Notes: a model not told the origin generated them from the letters alone. 64,000 nucleotides of DNA from an uncultured Acidobacteriota bacterium (GCA_963720545.1 OY970399.1:2438908-2502907), one strand, 5' to 3'. Shown: positions 48,823 through 61,134, numbered from the stretch's first letter. A program made the numbers and translations.

Positions 48823-49881
48823 TCAGGCGTCCGCGACGAAGATGCGCACCTGCCGCGGCTTGACGAAGAAACGATCGCCGGTCACGGGCTGCAGCACTTC
48901 ATAGCGCTCGCGCGTGACGTCCACCTGCACCAGGCCGGTCTCGTCGTCTTCCAGTTCGAGCTTGACGACGGCGCCGCCCGGATTCACGTGGCGCAGCACG
49001 GCCCAGAAGCCGTCGCCGTCCTGCTCGCGCCACAGCTCGAGGTCGTGCGGCCGGGCGAATGCCTTGGCCGGAAGCATTTCGCTCGCCGGGTGCTCGGGGT
49101 AGTCGACCGAGAGCGATCCGAAATGCGCCCGGCCCTCGGCGACGCGGCCCTTGAACACGTTGACGCTGCCGAGGAAGCCCATCACGAACTGCGTCGCCGG
49201 ACGATCGAACACCTCCTGCGGCGTGCCGACCTGTTCGACCTTGCCTTTGTTCATCACCACGACCTGGTCGGCCACTTCGAGCGCCTCTTCCTGGTCATGG
49301 GTGACGAACACCGAGGTGACGCGAATCTCGTCGTGCAGGCGCCGCAGCCAGCGGCGCAGCTCCTGGCGCACCTTGGCGTCGAGCGAACCGAACGGCTCGT
49401 CGAGCAGCAGCACCTTCGGCTCCACCGCGAGCGCGCGGGCCAGCGCGACACGCTGCCGCTGCCCGCCGGAGAGCTGCGAAGGGTAGCGATCGCCGAGCCA
49501 GTCGAGCTGCACCAGCTTCAGCAGGTCGGAAACCTTCCGGCGCACTTCCGCCTCCGGCGGGCGGCTGGCGCGCGGCCGCACCCGCAGGCCAAACGCCACG
49601 TTCTCGAAGACGCTCATGTGGCGAAACAGCGCATAGTGCTGGAACACGAAACCGACGCCGCGGTGGCGGACATCGGCGCGGCTCGTGTCCTCGCCGGCGA
49701 AGAAGATCTGGCCGCGGTCGGGGCGCTCCAGGCCGGCGATGATGCGCAACAGGCTGGTCTTGCCCGACCCCGACGGTCCGAGCAGCGCCACCAGCTCGCC
49801 GGTGGGCACGGTGACGCTGACGTCGTCGAGCGCGACAAACGAACCAAACGTCTTGGTGACGTTGCGGACTTCAATCGACAT
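48823..49881 (-). CDS. cysA: sulfate/thiosulfate ABC transporter ATP-binding protein
   Basis: Walker A GPSGSGKT. Signature LSGGQRQR. C-terminal TOBE-like domain. Confidence 0.9.
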   Translation of the reverse strand: MSIEVRNVTKTFGSFVALDDVSVTVPTGELVALLGPSGSGKTSLLRIIAGLERPDRGQIFFAGEDTSRADVRHRGVGFVFQHYALFRHMSVFENVAFGLRVRPRASRPPEAEVRRKVSDLLKLVQLDWLGDRYPSQLSGGQRQRVALARALAVEPKVLLLDEPFGSLDAKVRQELRRWLRRLHDEIRVTSVFVTHDQEEALEVADQVVVMNKGKVEQVGTPQEVFDRPATQFVMGFLGSVNVFKGRVAEGRAHFGSLSVDYPEHPASEMLPAKAFARPHDLELWREQDGDGFWAVLRHVNPGGAVVKLELEDDETGLVQVDVTRERYEVLQPVTGDRFFVKPRQVRIFVADA

Positions 49882-50740
49882 GAATGTTCTCCAGTGGACT
49901 GGTGGAACGTACGGCGGCCGAACGCCATTCGACCGCGGTCTTGGCGACCAGCGTCACGAGCGCGAGCAGGGTGAGGAGCGATGCCACCGCGAAGGCGGCC
50001 TGGAAGTTGTATTCGTTGTAGAGGATCTCGACGTGCAGCGGCAGGGTGTTGGTCTTGCCGCGGATGTGGCCGGAGACGACCGACACCGCGCCGAATTCGC
50101 CCATCGCGCGCGCGTTGCAGAGGATGACGCCGTACAGCAGTCCCCATTTCAGGTTGGGGACGGTGACGCGCCAGAACATCTGCCAGCCCGACGCGCCCAG
50201 CACCCGCGCCGCTTCCTCCTCGTCGGCGCCCTGCGCTTGCATCAGCGGGATCAGCTCGCGCGCCACGAACGGGAACGTGACGAAGATGGTGGCGAGCACC
50301 AGGCCGGGCACGGCGAACACCACGTGTATGCCGAGATTCTGCAGCGTGGGCCCGAGCAGGCTGGTGCGGCCGAAGAGCAGGATGAAGACCACACCGGAAA
50401 TCACGGGCGAGACGCCGAACGGCAGGTCCACGAGCGTGACCAGGACGTTCTTGCCGGGGAACTCGAACCGGGCAATGGCCCAGGACGCGGCGACGCCGAA
50501 AACCAGGTTGAGCGGCACCGCGATCGCGGCGGTGATCAGCGTCAGCTTGAGCGCGGAGAGCGCCATGGGTTCGGTCAGTGCCGTGAAGTAGGCGTTCATC
50601 CCCTTCTGCAGCGCCTCGGTGAACACCGAGACCAGCGGCACCACCAGGAACAAGGCGAGGAACCCGAGCGCCGTGGCGCCCAGCAGGAGCTTGACGGCGA
50701 GCGGCTCGGTGACCGTGCGGCGGCTGTCGCTCATGGTCAT
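49871..50740 (-). CDS. cysW: sulfate ABC transporter permease CysW
   Basis: EAA-loop permease. Start overlaps the cysT stop (ATGA). Confidence 0.85.
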   Translation of the reverse strand: MTMSDSRRTVTEPLAVKLLLGATALGFLALFLVVPLVSVFTEALQKGMNAYFTALTEPMALSALKLTLITAAIAVPLNLVFGVAASWAIARFEFPGKNVLVTLVDLPFGVSPVISGVVFILLFGRTSLLGPTLQNLGIHVVFAVPGLVLATIFVTFPFVARELIPLMQAQGADEEEAARVLGASGWQMFWRVTVPNLKWGLLYGVILCNARAMGEFGAVSVVSGHIRGKTNTLPLHVEILYNEYNFQAAFAVASLLTLLALVTLVAKTAVEWRSAAVRSTSPLENIHVD

Positions 50741-51570
50741 TCCGCCGTGCCGAGCCGCGCGCTCCACGACTGCAGCCGGTTGACGCCGAGCAGGATGACG
50801 AACGACGCGAGCAGCGTCACCGTGGCGATCGCCGCCGCGCCGCCGTAGTCGTATTGCTCCAGCTTGGTGATGATGATGAGCGGCGTGATCTCGGTCTTCA
50901 TCGGCATGTTGCCGGCGATGAAGACAACGCTGCCGTATTCGCCGAGCGCGCGCGCAAAGGCGAGCGAGACGCCGGTGAGCCACGCCGGCATGAGGCTCGG
51001 CATCACCACGCGGCGCACCGTTTCGAAGCGCCCGGCACCGAGACTGGCGGCGGCCTCTTCCACTTCGGGGTCGAGGCTCTCGAGCACCGGTTGCAGCGTG
51101 CGCACCACGAACGGCAGGCCGATGAAGGTGAGGGCGATCATGATGCCGAGCGGTGTAAACGCCGCCTTGATGCCGAGCCGGCCGAGGGGTTCGCCGAGCC
51201 AGCCGTTGGGGGCGTAGAGGGTGGTGAGCGCGATGCCCGCGACCGCGGTGGGCAGCGCGAACGGCAGGTCGACGAGCGCGTCGATGAGGCGACGCCCGGG
51301 AAAGCGGTAGCGCACCAGTACCCAGGTGACGATGAGCCCGAACACGCCGTTGATCGCCGCGGCCACCAGCGAGGCGCCGAAGGTGAGCTTGTAGGAAGCG
51401 ACCACGCGCGGCGCCGTCACCGCCGCCCAGAACCCGGCAGCCCCGAGGCTGGTGCTGCGCACGAACAGGGCCGCGAGCGGCACCAGCACGATCAGCGACA
51501 GGTAGAGGAGCGTGTAGCCGAGCGATAGCCCGAAGCCCGGCAGCACGCTGTGGCGCTTGCGAAAGAGCAT
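50737..51570 (-). CDS. cysT: sulfate ABC transporter permease CysT
   Basis: EAA-loop permease paralog of CysW. Confidence 0.85.
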   Translation of the reverse strand: MLFRKRHSVLPGFGLSLGYTLLYLSLIVLVPLAALFVRSTSLGAAGFWAAVTAPRVVASYKLTFGASLVAAAINGVFGLIVTWVLVRYRFPGRRLIDALVDLPFALPTAVAGIALTTLYAPNGWLGEPLGRLGIKAAFTPLGIMIALTFIGLPFVVRTLQPVLESLDPEVEEAAASLGAGRFETVRRVVMPSLMPAWLTGVSLAFARALGEYGSVVFIAGNMPMKTEITPLIIITKLEQYDYGGAAAIATVTLLASFVILLGVNRLQSWSARLGTAE

Positions 51571-51582
51571 GGAATCGGGCCC

Positions 51583-52584
51583 TTACTTCGGCTGGTATAT
51601 CTGGTCGAACACGCCGCCGTCGGCGAAGTGCGTCTTCTGCGCGTTACCCCAGCCGCCGAAGGCGCCGTCGATCGTGACCAGGTTGACCTTGGGGAACGTG
51701 GACGCGTACTTTTGCGCGACGGCCGCGAGCCGCGGGCGGTAGTAGTGCCGCGCCGCGATCTCCTGGCCTTCCGGGGTGTAGAGGAATTCCAGGTACGCCT
51801 GCGCGGCGGCGCGCGTACCCTTGCGGTCCACGACCTTGTCGACCACGGTCACCGGCGGCTCGGCAAGGATGCTGAGTGACGGCACCACCACGTCCACCTT
51901 GCCCGGCCCCAGCTCCTTGATGGAGAGGAAAGCCTCGTTCTCCCAGGCGAGCAGCACGTCGCCGATGCCGCGCTGGACGAAGGTGTTGGTGGCGCCGCGC
52001 GCGCCGGAGTCGAGCACCGGGACGTTGCGGAACAAGGCGCTCACGAATTCGCGCGCCTTGGCGTCGCTGCCGCCCGGCTGCTTCATGGCGTAAGCCCAGG
52101 CCGCCAGATAGTTCCAGCGCGCACCGCCCGAAGTCTTCGGGTTGGGGGTGATCACCTGGATGCCCGGCTTCACCAGGTCGTTCCAGTCCTTGATGCCCTT
52201 GGGGTTGCCCTTGCGCACCAGGAACACGATCGTCGAGGTGTAGGGCGCCGAGTTGTTGCCGAGCCGCTTCTGCCAGGCCTTGTCGAGGAGCCCGGCGGAC
52301 GCGATGGCATCGATGTCGTACGCGAGCGCCAGCGTCACGACGTCCGCTTCGAGGCCGTCGATCACGGCGCGTGCCTGCTTGCCCGAGCCGCCGTGCGACT
52401 GCTGCACGGTCACGTCCTTGCCGGTCTTCGCCTTGTACTGCTTCGCGAATGCGGCGTTCACGTCCTGGTACAGCTCGCGGGTCGGGTCGTAGGAAACGTT
52501 CAACAGCTCCTGTGCTGCGGCCGGCCCCGCGACCGTGCTGGCAAGGGCCAACGCGGCTGCGGCAATCGTTCTGGCTATGGACAT
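51583..52584 (-). CDS. sbp: sulfate/thiosulfate ABC transporter substrate-binding protein
   Basis: Signal peptide [24 protein letters not shown]. Sbp/CysP fold signature. GGAG RBS. Confidence 0.85.
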   Translation of the reverse strand: MSIARTIAAAALALASTVAGPAAAQELLNVSYDPTRELYQDVNAAFAKQYKAKTGKDVTVQQSHGGSGKQARAVIDGLEADVVTLALAYDIDAIASAGLLDKAWQKRLGNNSAPYTSTIVFLVRKGNPKGIKDWNDLVKPGIQVITPNPKTSGGARWNYLAAWAYAMKQPGGSDAKAREFVSALFRNVPVLDSGARGATNTFVQRGIGDVLLAWENEAFLSIKELGPGKVDVVVPSLSILAEPPVTVVDKVVDRKGTRAAAQAYLEFLYTPEGQEIAARHYYRPRLAAVAQKYASTFPKVNLVTIDGAFGGWGNAQKTHFADGGVFDQIYQPK

Positions 52585-52595
52585 GGGATGACTCC

Positions 52596-53846
52596 TTAGA
52601 AACTGATCTGCGTGCGGATGAAGATGGTGTTCTCGGCATCGCGGTTGCCGCCGTCGGCGGCGCCGCCCTTGAAATTGACGTGCTCGAAATCGAAAACCTG
52701 CTTGACGTTGCGGGTGAGCGACCAGTTGACGCCGAGCGTCCACGCCGACATGCTGCGCGGCGACTTGGCGGGATCGACGAGCGCCGCCGCAATGGTGCTT
52801 TCGCCCAGCTCGAACTTGTGGACGCGCGCCGCGAGCTCAATGGCGCCCCACTGGCCCTTCGAAGGATCGAACGGATTCTTCGGCCGCACGCCGGCGAACG
52901 ACGCCTTCTCGCCGGTGAGGACGAAAGTGGCCGACGTCTGCCACGCCTTGGAACGGAAGTCGAAGTGGTCGCCGGCGACGTTGCGGACCCGCGAGCGGGA
53001 CCGCGCGTATTCGGCGAGCAGGCCGAAGGGCCCCGTGTAGTACGAAAGCTGCGGCGAATAGCGCCGGCGCGTGCCGTCGGCGGTGATGCCGGTGGCTGCC
53101 GTGATGACGCTGATCTGGCCGCCCGAGCGGTAGGCGGGCAGGGTGCCCGTCTGCTTGCCGGTGGTGCCCGAGACGCCGAAGCTCAGGTCCTTGAGCGCCG
53201 ACTTGCCCCTGGCGAACGGCGACAGCATCACCCGGCCCGCGAGGTCCTTGCCGTCCTCCGTGTCGCCGTCGACGCTGCCGCCGTCGGGAGCGCCGTCGAG
53301 CACCGCGGCCGCGTAGTTCACGAGGCCCTTGCCGAGTTCGCCGTGGACCATGATGCCGAGGTCGCGGTTGGGGAGGACGTTCGTGGGAAAGGCGCGTTCC
53401 ACGAACGAGATCGCCGTGGCCGACTGCAGCCGCTCGAGGCCCACCGGCGACTTGTACTTGCCGACCTGGACCGAGAACGCGGGCGAGGGCTTGAAGTCGA
53501 GCCACGCCTCCTGCAGCACGGTCGTGCCCTGGCCGAAGTCGGGCATGATGCGGAAATCGAAGTACTTGCCCAGGGCGCCTTGCAGGATGGGGCGCACGCG
53601 ACGCAGCAGGAAGGTGTCGGTGGCGAGCGAGCCGTCGTCGCCCATGAAGAAGCGGCCGTCGAAGTGCACGTAGCCGCGCAGCTGCAGGCGGAACTCGCCG
53701 TCGGCGCTTTGCAGGGTGAAGCCGTCGGCACCGGCAGATGCGGCGGGTTTCGCCGGAGCCGGTGTTGGCGACGGCGCCGGGTCTTGGGCGCGGCCGGGCG
53801 CGGCCGTGAGCAGCGCAGCGGCCAGGAACAGGGGTACGGATCTCAT
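52596..53846 (-). CDS. OprO/OprP-family anion-selective outer-membrane porin
   Basis: Signal peptide. Porin_O_P-like beta-barrel with C-terminal Phe. Confidence 0.75.
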   Translation of the reverse strand: MRSVPLFLAAALLTAAPGRAQDPAPSPTPAPAKPAASAGADGFTLQSADGEFRLQLRGYVHFDGRFFMGDDGSLATDTFLLRRVRPILQGALGKYFDFRIMPDFGQGTTVLQEAWLDFKPSPAFSVQVGKYKSPVGLERLQSATAISFVERAFPTNVLPNRDLGIMVHGELGKGLVNYAAAVLDGAPDGGSVDGDTEDGKDLAGRVMLSPFARGKSALKDLSFGVSGTTGKQTGTLPAYRSGGQISVITAATGITADGTRRRYSPQLSYYTGPFGLLAEYARSRSRVRNVAGDHFDFRSKAWQTSATFVLTGEKASFAGVRPKNPFDPSKGQWGAIELAARVHKFELGESTIAAALVDPAKSPRSMSAWTLGVNWSLTRNVKQVFDFEHVNFKGGAADGGNRDAENTIFIRTQISF

Positions 53847-54100
53847 TCGTTCGTCTCCTCAGCAGTGGGCGCGGCGCCGCCGCCTTTGCGGTGGGCCCGG
53901 CCGTCGTTGTCGTGCTGCAGCCTCCGGTTGACCGGCCGGCTTTCCTCCGTGAAGCGAATCTTTTCGCGCGTCTCCACCTGCACCACGCGCCCGTCGTGCA
54001 CCACCACTTCGACGGAGCCGTAGCGCAGGGAATCCACGGCGCGGCGCACTGCCACTTCCCACATTGCCGAGTCGTTATTATCTACAGAGGTTATAGACAT
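53843..54100 (-). CDS. YezD-like small protein (DUF2292)
   Basis: 85 aa carrying the motif YGSVEVVVHDGRVVQVETREKIR that is characteristic of DUF2292. Overlaps the porin start by 4 nt. Confidence 0.6.
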   Translation of the reverse strand: MSITSVDNNDSAMWEVAVRRAVDSLRYGSVEVVVHDGRVVQVETREKIRFTEESRPVNRRLQHDNDGRAHRKGGGAAPTAEETNE

Positions 54101-54115
54101 AAGTTCACAGACCCT

Positions 54116-54574
54116 TCAGGAACGCGCCTGCCTGCGCCGCGCGCGCGCCGCGAGCACGCGCCGGTTGCGCGCCACGAGGTCGGCGAGGCTGGTGTGGTCG
54201 ATGATCTTCGAGGCGGCGTTGCGCACGTCGAGGAACAGGTCGAAGAGCCCGGCGTGGCGCCGCTCGGTCCGCACCCGGCTCGCCAGCTCGTCGGCGTCGC
54301 CGAACGGCGCCAGCGGCCCGTCGACGCTGCGCACGATCTCGCCCACATAGATCTCCTCGGGCGGGCGCCGCAGTCGGTACCCGCCCTCGCGGCCGCGCTG
54401 GCTCGCGAGCATGCGGGCGTTCTTCAGGGTGACGAGGATTCCCTCGAGAAACTTCTCCGGAATGTCCTCGCGCGAGGCGATCTCATGGATCTTCACCAGG
54501 CCACCGCCGCCATGGGCCTCGGCCAGGTGCGTGAGCGCCTTCAGGGCATAAAGCCCCCGGCTCGAGATCTTCAC
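54116..54574 (-). CDS. Rrf2 family transcriptional regulator (CymR/IscR-like, no Cys cluster ligands)
   Basis: GTG start. Rrf2 winged HTH (SSRGLYALKALTHLA...IHEIASREDIPEKFLEGILVTLKNARML). Confidence 0.8.
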   Translation of the reverse strand: MKISSRGLYALKALTHLAEAHGGGGLVKIHEIASREDIPEKFLEGILVTLKNARMLASQRGREGGYRLRRPPEEIYVGEIVRSVDGPLAPFGDADELASRVRTERRHAGLFDLFLDVRNAASKIIDHTSLADLVARNRRVLAARARRRQARS

Positions 54575-54669
54575 CCTTTAATGTCCATCGACTTACTACA
54601 CTAAACACAAGTCTGGCGAAAAGCGAGCACCGGCCTGAGTGGGCGCAGAAGGCCGTGAACGTCAAGGAC

Positions 54670-56031
54670 TTAGGGGATGGTGACGCTCTTGCTGGTGATG
54701 CTCCGGCTCGGATTGAAGGTGTACTGCGACAGCACGATGTTCACGACCTGCAGGGTGTAAACGCCGCTGCGGCCTTTTGTGGAAGAAACCGCTACGCCCT
54801 TCGAGTTGGTGAAAACGTTGTCGTCCTCGCTCGTGCCGTTCGGTTTCGTCCAGCGAACCACCACCAGCGCCCCGGCCAGCGCTGCTGCGTTCTCGTCGCG
54901 CACCAGTACCCTGCCCTTGACGGCGAAACCATTGCCAGCGGGTTCGCTCAGGAACGAGATGTGCGTTGAACGCGCGCAATTGACGGTGCACTCCGGCGGC
55001 GGGGTGTTCTGCGGCGTCAACCTGACGGCGTGCGTCTGCCCGGTGAAGCTGTTCGATGCGTAGCCGACGATCTGTCCCGCGTCGTTGATGTCGTTGGCGC
55101 CGAGGAGGAACCAGCCGAGCGACGGATCGATCAGCTCATTGAGGTCGCGCAGCGTGCCCGCGTCGGTCGAGACGAATGCACGCTCCAACCCGGCGGTGGG
55201 CCGGCCTCGGCCCACCACGCGGCCGGCGGCGTTGATGCCCAGGGCAACGTTGCTCTCGCCCACGCCGCCGAGGTTCGACAAGGTGTTCCCCTCGTTGGAA
55301 ACGACCGCCCGCTGGCTGTTGGCCGAAGCCGTCGTCGAGCTGCCGGCGACCCGGCCCGCCGCATTGATGTCCCAGCCAAAGCTGTGAGCGAAGCCGGGAA
55401 GCACCCCGAGGTCGGTAAAAGTTCCGTTCCGCCAGCGAAACGCGTGATAGCCGCCGGGAGCGGTCTTGTAGCCGGCGACCTGGCCGGCGTCGTTGATGCC
55501 GAGCGCGAAACCGCTGTCGCTGTTGGGCGTGATGTCCCTGAGTCCGTCCTGTTGGGTATAGAGGAACGCGTGGACTCTGCCGTTCGTGTCCGACCGGCCG
55601 ACAATCTGTCCCGCGTTATTGATGCCCCAGGCTTCGCTGTAGGAACCGGTGCCAAGCGTTCCAAGGTCCGCGATCGCGCCGCCGCTCCACATCACGGCGT
55701 GGCCAAGGTCGGTCCCGCCGGCGTTGGCCGAGCCGACGATGGCGCCGGCTTCATTGATGTCGCGCGCCAGGGTGCGCGGCCGGTCCGGCAAGCCCGGGAG
55801 CGCCACCATGCCATCGGCGTCGGTATAGATGAACGCCCGCGTGCCGGCCGGACCCGCGGACCATCCGACCACGTTCCCGGACGCATTGATGGCTTGGGCA
55901 ACGCTGCTCGTGTCGCCGGCCAGCGCGCCAAGATCCTCGACGACGTAGCTGCCCTGCGCGAGCGCGGCCCGCGCCGCGCCTGACGCCAGCAGCAGCGCAC
56001 CTGCCAAAGCGACGATTCGAGTGCATTGCAT
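54670..56031 (-). CDS. secreted HAF-family extracellular repeat protein
   Basis: Signal peptide. At least 8 repeats of the GIN[DA][AS]GQ[IV]VG type. Confidence 0.7.
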   Translation of the reverse strand: MQCTRIVALAGALLLASGAARAALAQGSYVVEDLGALAGDTSSVAQAINASGNVVGWSAGPAGTRAFIYTDADGMVALPGLPDRPRTLARDINEAGAIVGSANAGGTDLGHAVMWSGGAIADLGTLGTGSYSEAWGINNAGQIVGRSDTNGRVHAFLYTQQDGLRDITPNSDSGFALGINDAGQVAGYKTAPGGYHAFRWRNGTFTDLGVLPGFAHSFGWDINAAGRVAGSSTTASANSQRAVVSNEGNTLSNLGGVGESNVALGINAAGRVVGRGRPTAGLERAFVSTDAGTLRDLNELIDPSLGWFLLGANDINDAGQIVGYASNSFTGQTHAVRLTPQNTPPPECTVNCARSTHISFLSEPAGNGFAVKGRVLVRDENAAALAGALVVVRWTKPNGTSEDDNVFTNSKGVAVSSTKGRSGVYTLQVVNIVLSQYTFNPSRSITSKSVTIP

Positions 56032-56099
56032 GGCCTGGGCTCCTGATCCGTTTTTCGGGATGTGCAGCCATGTTGGGCCGTTGTCTGCTTCGCAGCCAG

Positions 56100-57263
<1,164 letters not shown>

Positions 57264-57390
57264 CGCGCGTATTTTGCGTCATTTCATCGGGCCGCAGTGG
57301 GCCCCTGTCAGGAATCAGGCGCCTTTCGTCGGCCGTTGGATGCCGCTTGTGCGCCACCAGCAGACACTCGTTCAAAAGGAGGGCAGCACG

Positions 57391-58185
57391 ATGCGAGTGA
57401 GCAGCATTGCGGTGGCGATGGCCGTACTCGTCCAGTCCTGGACCTTGCCCCAGGGGACGGCAGTGAAGGACAGCGGGCCCCGCCCGTACCGTTTTACGGT
57501 CGACCATACGGTTACCGATACGACCGGCCAGGTGGTGCAGCGGCAGCGCATCATGGGCGATTACACGCGCGGGCTTCCCGGTGGCGAGGCGATGTGGTCG
57601 AACGTCACGGTCGCGGAATCGAACGGCGCGGCGGAGATTGCGGTGCCCGGACAGAAACGCGAGTTCATGGAAGGGCTTCGCTACCACACGGGCCCGAAGA
57701 GCCTGGACGAGAGCATGAAGCCCGAGTTCTTCAAGAGCTTCCCTGCGACAGCCGTGTTCGAGCGTAATCTCGTCTGGGACACCGGCATGATCGAGATGTT
57801 CGGCCAGGATCAGTTCGCGCACCTGAGGCTGAACGCGCCCTATCGTCTGTTGTCGGCGGAAGACGTGAGCATGCCGGGAGTCGGCACCTTCCACAATAAG
57901 GATGTGCAGCTCACCTGGATCGGGCGCTCGCAACGCAACGGCAAGGAGTGCGCGGTGATCCTGTACCGCGCACTGTTCAATCCGCTCCTTGTCGACAACG
58001 GCGGCATGACCCTGAAAGGCCGCAGCCACTACTGGGGAGAGATCTGGGTGTCGCTGTCGACGAAACAGGTCGAATACGCGACGCTCCAGGAAGACGTGCT
58101 GGGAGAAATGAAGCTTCCTGGCCAGGAAGCGCCGCACACGATCAGCATCTTTCGCAGCGGCATCTTCGCGCCGCTGAAGCAATGA
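57391..58185 (+). CDS. secreted hypothetical protein
   Basis: AAGGAGGG RBS. Signal peptide MRVSSIAVAMAVLVQSWTLP. Stop overlaps the LytS-type kinase start (ATGA). Confidence 0.55.
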   Translation: MRVSSIAVAMAVLVQSWTLPQGTAVKDSGPRPYRFTVDHTVTDTTGQVVQRQRIMGDYTRGLPGGEAMWSNVTVAESNGAAEIAVPGQKREFMEGLRYHTGPKSLDESMKPEFFKSFPATAVFERNLVWDTGMIEMFGQDQFAHLRLNAPYRLLSAEDVSMPGVGTFHNKDVQLTWIGRSQRNGKECAVILYRALFNPLLVDNGGMTLKGRSHYWGEIWVSLSTKQVEYATLQEDVLGEMKLPGQEAPHTISIFRSGIFAPLKQ

Positions 58186-59231
58186 CGCCAACCGGGCGCG
58201 CGAAGCTGCTGCTGGCGCTGAACGCGTCCACCGTGGTCGCGGTGCCCCTGATGGGCCTGGGCAGCAGCCGCACGGCGGCGGAACTCCTGCAGGGATGGGC
58301 GTTCGCGCTCGTCTACACGAACGTCACCGGCATTCCCGCGCTGTTCGCAGGACCGTCGATCGTGCAGCAGCTGGCGCTGCGCCGTTGGCCTCTTCCTGCC
58401 GCAGTGCTGGCGGCGGCGATCCCGCTCGCCGCGGTGGGGTGCCTGGCGGCGCAAGCGCTTCTCATGGGGACCGGCGTGGCCGTGCCGGAGCACTTCTGGC
58501 GGCAATACCTCCACACGCTGAGCGGGGCGCTGCTGCTAGCCGTGGTGTTCGCGCTCGGCGCTCTTACCTACGACTCGATGCGTGACCAGCTGCGCCGCAC
58601 CGAAGAGAAGCTGCACGAGAAGGAAGTCGCCGAGGAGCGCACCGCGAAGCTGGTTGCCGAGGCGCGCCTGCAATCCCTCGAGTCGCGCCTGCATCCGCAC
58701 TTCCTCTTCAACACGCTCAACTCGATCAGCGCGCTTGTCAGGATCGATGCGGTGCGGGCCGAACAGATGGTCGGCCGTTTGTCGGCGCTGTTGCGCGCGT
58801 CGCTCGACAACAGCTCACGTTCGCTCATTCCCCTCGACCAGGAACTCGCGATGGTCGAGGACTACGTCGCCATCGAGCGCGCGCGCTTCGGCGACCGGCT
58901 GCGCGGCCGCTTCGAGGTGCCGGCGGAACTGCGGGATGCGCAGGTCCCGCCGCTCTCCATCCAGTCGCTGGTGGAGAACGCCGTGAAGCACGGCATCACG
59001 CCGCAGCGCGATGGTGGCGAGGTGCTGGTGGCCGCAGTGGCGCGGAACGGGCAGGTCACGATCGAGGTGTCCGACACCGGCGCCGGCTTCGACCTCACCG
59101 CCTTGCGCGCCGGCCACGGCCTCGACTCGCTCGTCAGGCGCCTCGACGCCTTGTTCGGCGAGCGCGCACGCCTCGACGTCTCGCGGCGCGGCGGCCGGTG
59201 TGTCGTGCAGATGGTGCTGCCGCGGTCATGA
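58182..59231 (+). CDS. LytS/YehU-type sensor histidine kinase (His_kinase plus HATPase_c) with a 4-5 TM N-terminus
   Basis: HPHFLFNTLNSI H-box of the LytS family. GxGxG ATPase motifs. Confidence 0.8.
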   Translation: MTPTGRAKLLLALNASTVVAVPLMGLGSSRTAAELLQGWAFALVYTNVTGIPALFAGPSIVQQLALRRWPLPAAVLAAAIPLAAVGCLAAQALLMGTGVAVPEHFWRQYLHTLSGALLLAVVFALGALTYDSMRDQLRRTEEKLHEKEVAEERTAKLVAEARLQSLESRLHPHFLFNTLNSISALVRIDAVRAEQMVGRLSALLRASLDNSSRSLIPLDQELAMVEDYVAIERARFGDRLRGRFEVPAELRDAQVPPLSIQSLVENAVKHGITPQRDGGEVLVAAVARNGQVTIEVSDTGAGFDLTALRAGHGLDSLVRRLDALFGERARLDVSRRGGRCVVQMVLPRS

Positions 59232-59998
59232 AGCTGCGCGCCTACCTCGTGGACGACGAGCCGCTCGCGATCGCGCGCCTCACCCGGCTGCTGGCCGAGA
59301 CCGGCCGCGTGGACGTGATCGGCAGCGCGACCGTACCGGAGGACGCCGTGGCGGCGCTCACCGTTGCGCCGCCCGACGTCTGTTTCCTCGACATCCGGAT
59401 GCCGCGGCTCAACGGCTTCGAGGTGCTGGCGCGGCTCCCGGTGCAGCCGAGCGTCGTGTTCACGACCGCGCACGACGAGTACGCGCTCGAGGCATTCGCC
59501 GTGAACTCGGTGGACTACCTTCTCAAGCCGGTCGATCCGGGCCAGCTCGATCGCGCGCTCGGCCGGGTGGAACACCTGCGCCGCCGCGAGCTCGAGGCCC
59601 CCGACCTGCAGGCGCTGCTTCGGACTCTCGCAGACACACTGCGCACCTCCGCAAGCGAGTATCCCGAGCGAATAGCCTCGCGGCTGGGCGACCGCGTGTG
59701 GTTCATCGACCTCGCCCAGGTGACCCATTTCTACGCCGCCAACAAGCTGACCTACGCCGCCTCGGCGGGGAAGTCGCACAGTGTTGACCACACGATCGCG
59801 CAGCTCGAGAACCTGCTCGACCCCAAGCGCTTCCTCCGCATCCACCGCGGCACTATCGTCAACGCAGCGTGGATCAGCAACGTCACGACCCTGCCCGGCG
59901 GCAGCCTCAACCTGCGCCTGAAAGACGCAGGCGGCACCGACCTGGTCGTTTCCCGCGACCGTGCCCGGGAGTTCAAGGCACGGCTCTTCGTCAGCTGA
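59228..59998 (+). CDS. LytTR family response regulator (REC plus LytTR DNA-binding)
   Basis: REC Asp in VCFLDIRMP. C-terminal LytTR domain. Start overlaps the kinase stop (ATGA). Confidence 0.85.
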   Translation: MKLRAYLVDDEPLAIARLTRLLAETGRVDVIGSATVPEDAVAALTVAPPDVCFLDIRMPRLNGFEVLARLPVQPSVVFTTAHDEYALEAFAVNSVDYLLKPVDPGQLDRALGRVEHLRRRELEAPDLQALLRTLADTLRTSASEYPERIASRLGDRVWFIDLAQVTHFYAANKLTYAASAGKSHSVDHTIAQLENLLDPKRFLRIHRGTIVNAAWISNVTTLPGGSLNLRLKDAGGTDLVVSRDRAREFKARLFVS

Positions 59999-60953
59999 GT
60001 CGGCGTGCGCGGATACGAAGCACGATGCGCCCGACCACCTTGCCCTGCTCGAGGCGTCGATGCGCCGCTGCCGCAGCACCGAGTGGATAGACAGCCGCGA
60101 CCGGCACCCGCAGCTTCACACGCTCGACCGCGGATCCAAGCTGTGCGAACTCGCGCGGCTCCGCGACTCCGTCGAAGGCGGTGATGCGGAACTTCCGGCG
60201 CTTCCCGGGCACGGATTCGACGCCATTCGGATAGGCGATCCGTCCACCGTCGCGCACGAAGTCCAGGCACCTTTCGAGTTCCTTGCCACCGGCCAGAGCG
60301 AGGACGGCATCGATACCGTCGGGTGCCAGGCTGCGGATTTGCTCGGGCGCCTTCGGGTCCCTGGCGTCGATGACCGCCTCGGCGCCAAGCCGCCGAAGGA
60401 GCGTCGTCACCTGTCGGCCCGAACCGGTAGCCAGCACGCGCGCACCGCGCTCTTTCGCGAACTGCACCGCCAGCGTACCCACGGCTCCGGATGCTCCAAA
60501 GACCAGCAGCACCTCCCGCTTGCGAACGCGCAGCACACGTTCGATCCCCTGAAGTGCGGTCAGGGCCGTCACGGCGCCGGCCGCAGCCTGCATGAGATCG
60601 AGCCCGCGGGGCACATGGCCCGCGGCGCGCTCGTCGATCGCGATGTACTCGGCATAAAAACCGCCCTTCGGATTTCCCGCCTTGAAGGCATAGACGCGAT
60701 CGCCAACGGCGAAACGCCTGACCCGCGCTCCCTTCGCTACCACGACCCCCGCGCCGTCCGTCCCGAGAACCAGTGGGAATTTCGTGCGTCCCGCAGGTTT
60801 CCACACACCCGTGCGGATGACCGGATCCCAGCTGCCGACACCGGCGGCGTGCAGTGCGATGAGGATCTCTCGCGGGCCGGGACGCGGCACCGGCAGGCTC
60901 TCGACCTTGATCGCCGACGGCGGCCCGAACCGGCGGATCGCAGCCGCACGCAT
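59991..60953 (-). CDS. NADPH:quinone oxidoreductase, zinc-type alcohol dehydrogenase-like (MDR) family
   Basis: GASGAVG NAD(P)-binding motif. MDR fold. Start taken at MRAAAIRRFG. Confidence 0.8.
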   Translation of the reverse strand: MRAAAIRRFGPPSAIKVESLPVPRPGPREILIALHAAGVGSWDPVIRTGVWKPAGRTKFPLVLGTDGAGVVVAKGARVRRFAVGDRVYAFKAGNPKGGFYAEYIAIDERAAGHVPRGLDLMQAAAGAVTALTALQGIERVLRVRKREVLLVFGASGAVGTLAVQFAKERGARVLATGSGRQVTTLLRRLGAEAVIDARDPKAPEQIRSLAPDGIDAVLALAGGKELERCLDFVRDGGRIAYPNGVESVPGKRRKFRITAFDGVAEPREFAQLGSAVERVKLRVPVAAVYPLGAAAAAHRRLEQGKVVGRIVLRIRARRLS

Positions 60954-61134
60954 CGTTACGGGCACCAGTGCTCCGGCAGTCATCGCAGCCATGAAAGTCT
61001 CCTCGTCAGCGATTTCTGGGAATGCGAAAGGTCAGGTGAGTGACACCCGTTGACGAAGGAATCACGTTGATGCGCTCGAGCTCGATGCATCGAGCGAGAT
61101 GCTCATGTGCACGCGCACCGGGCCCACGCCCGGA

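Noticed and set aside
54575-54669. IscR/CymR-type operator upstream of the Rrf2 gene
   Set aside because: Only a weak GACTT-N14-AAGTC inverted repeat is present. Its spacing does not match known IscR type-1 sites, so no operator is called.
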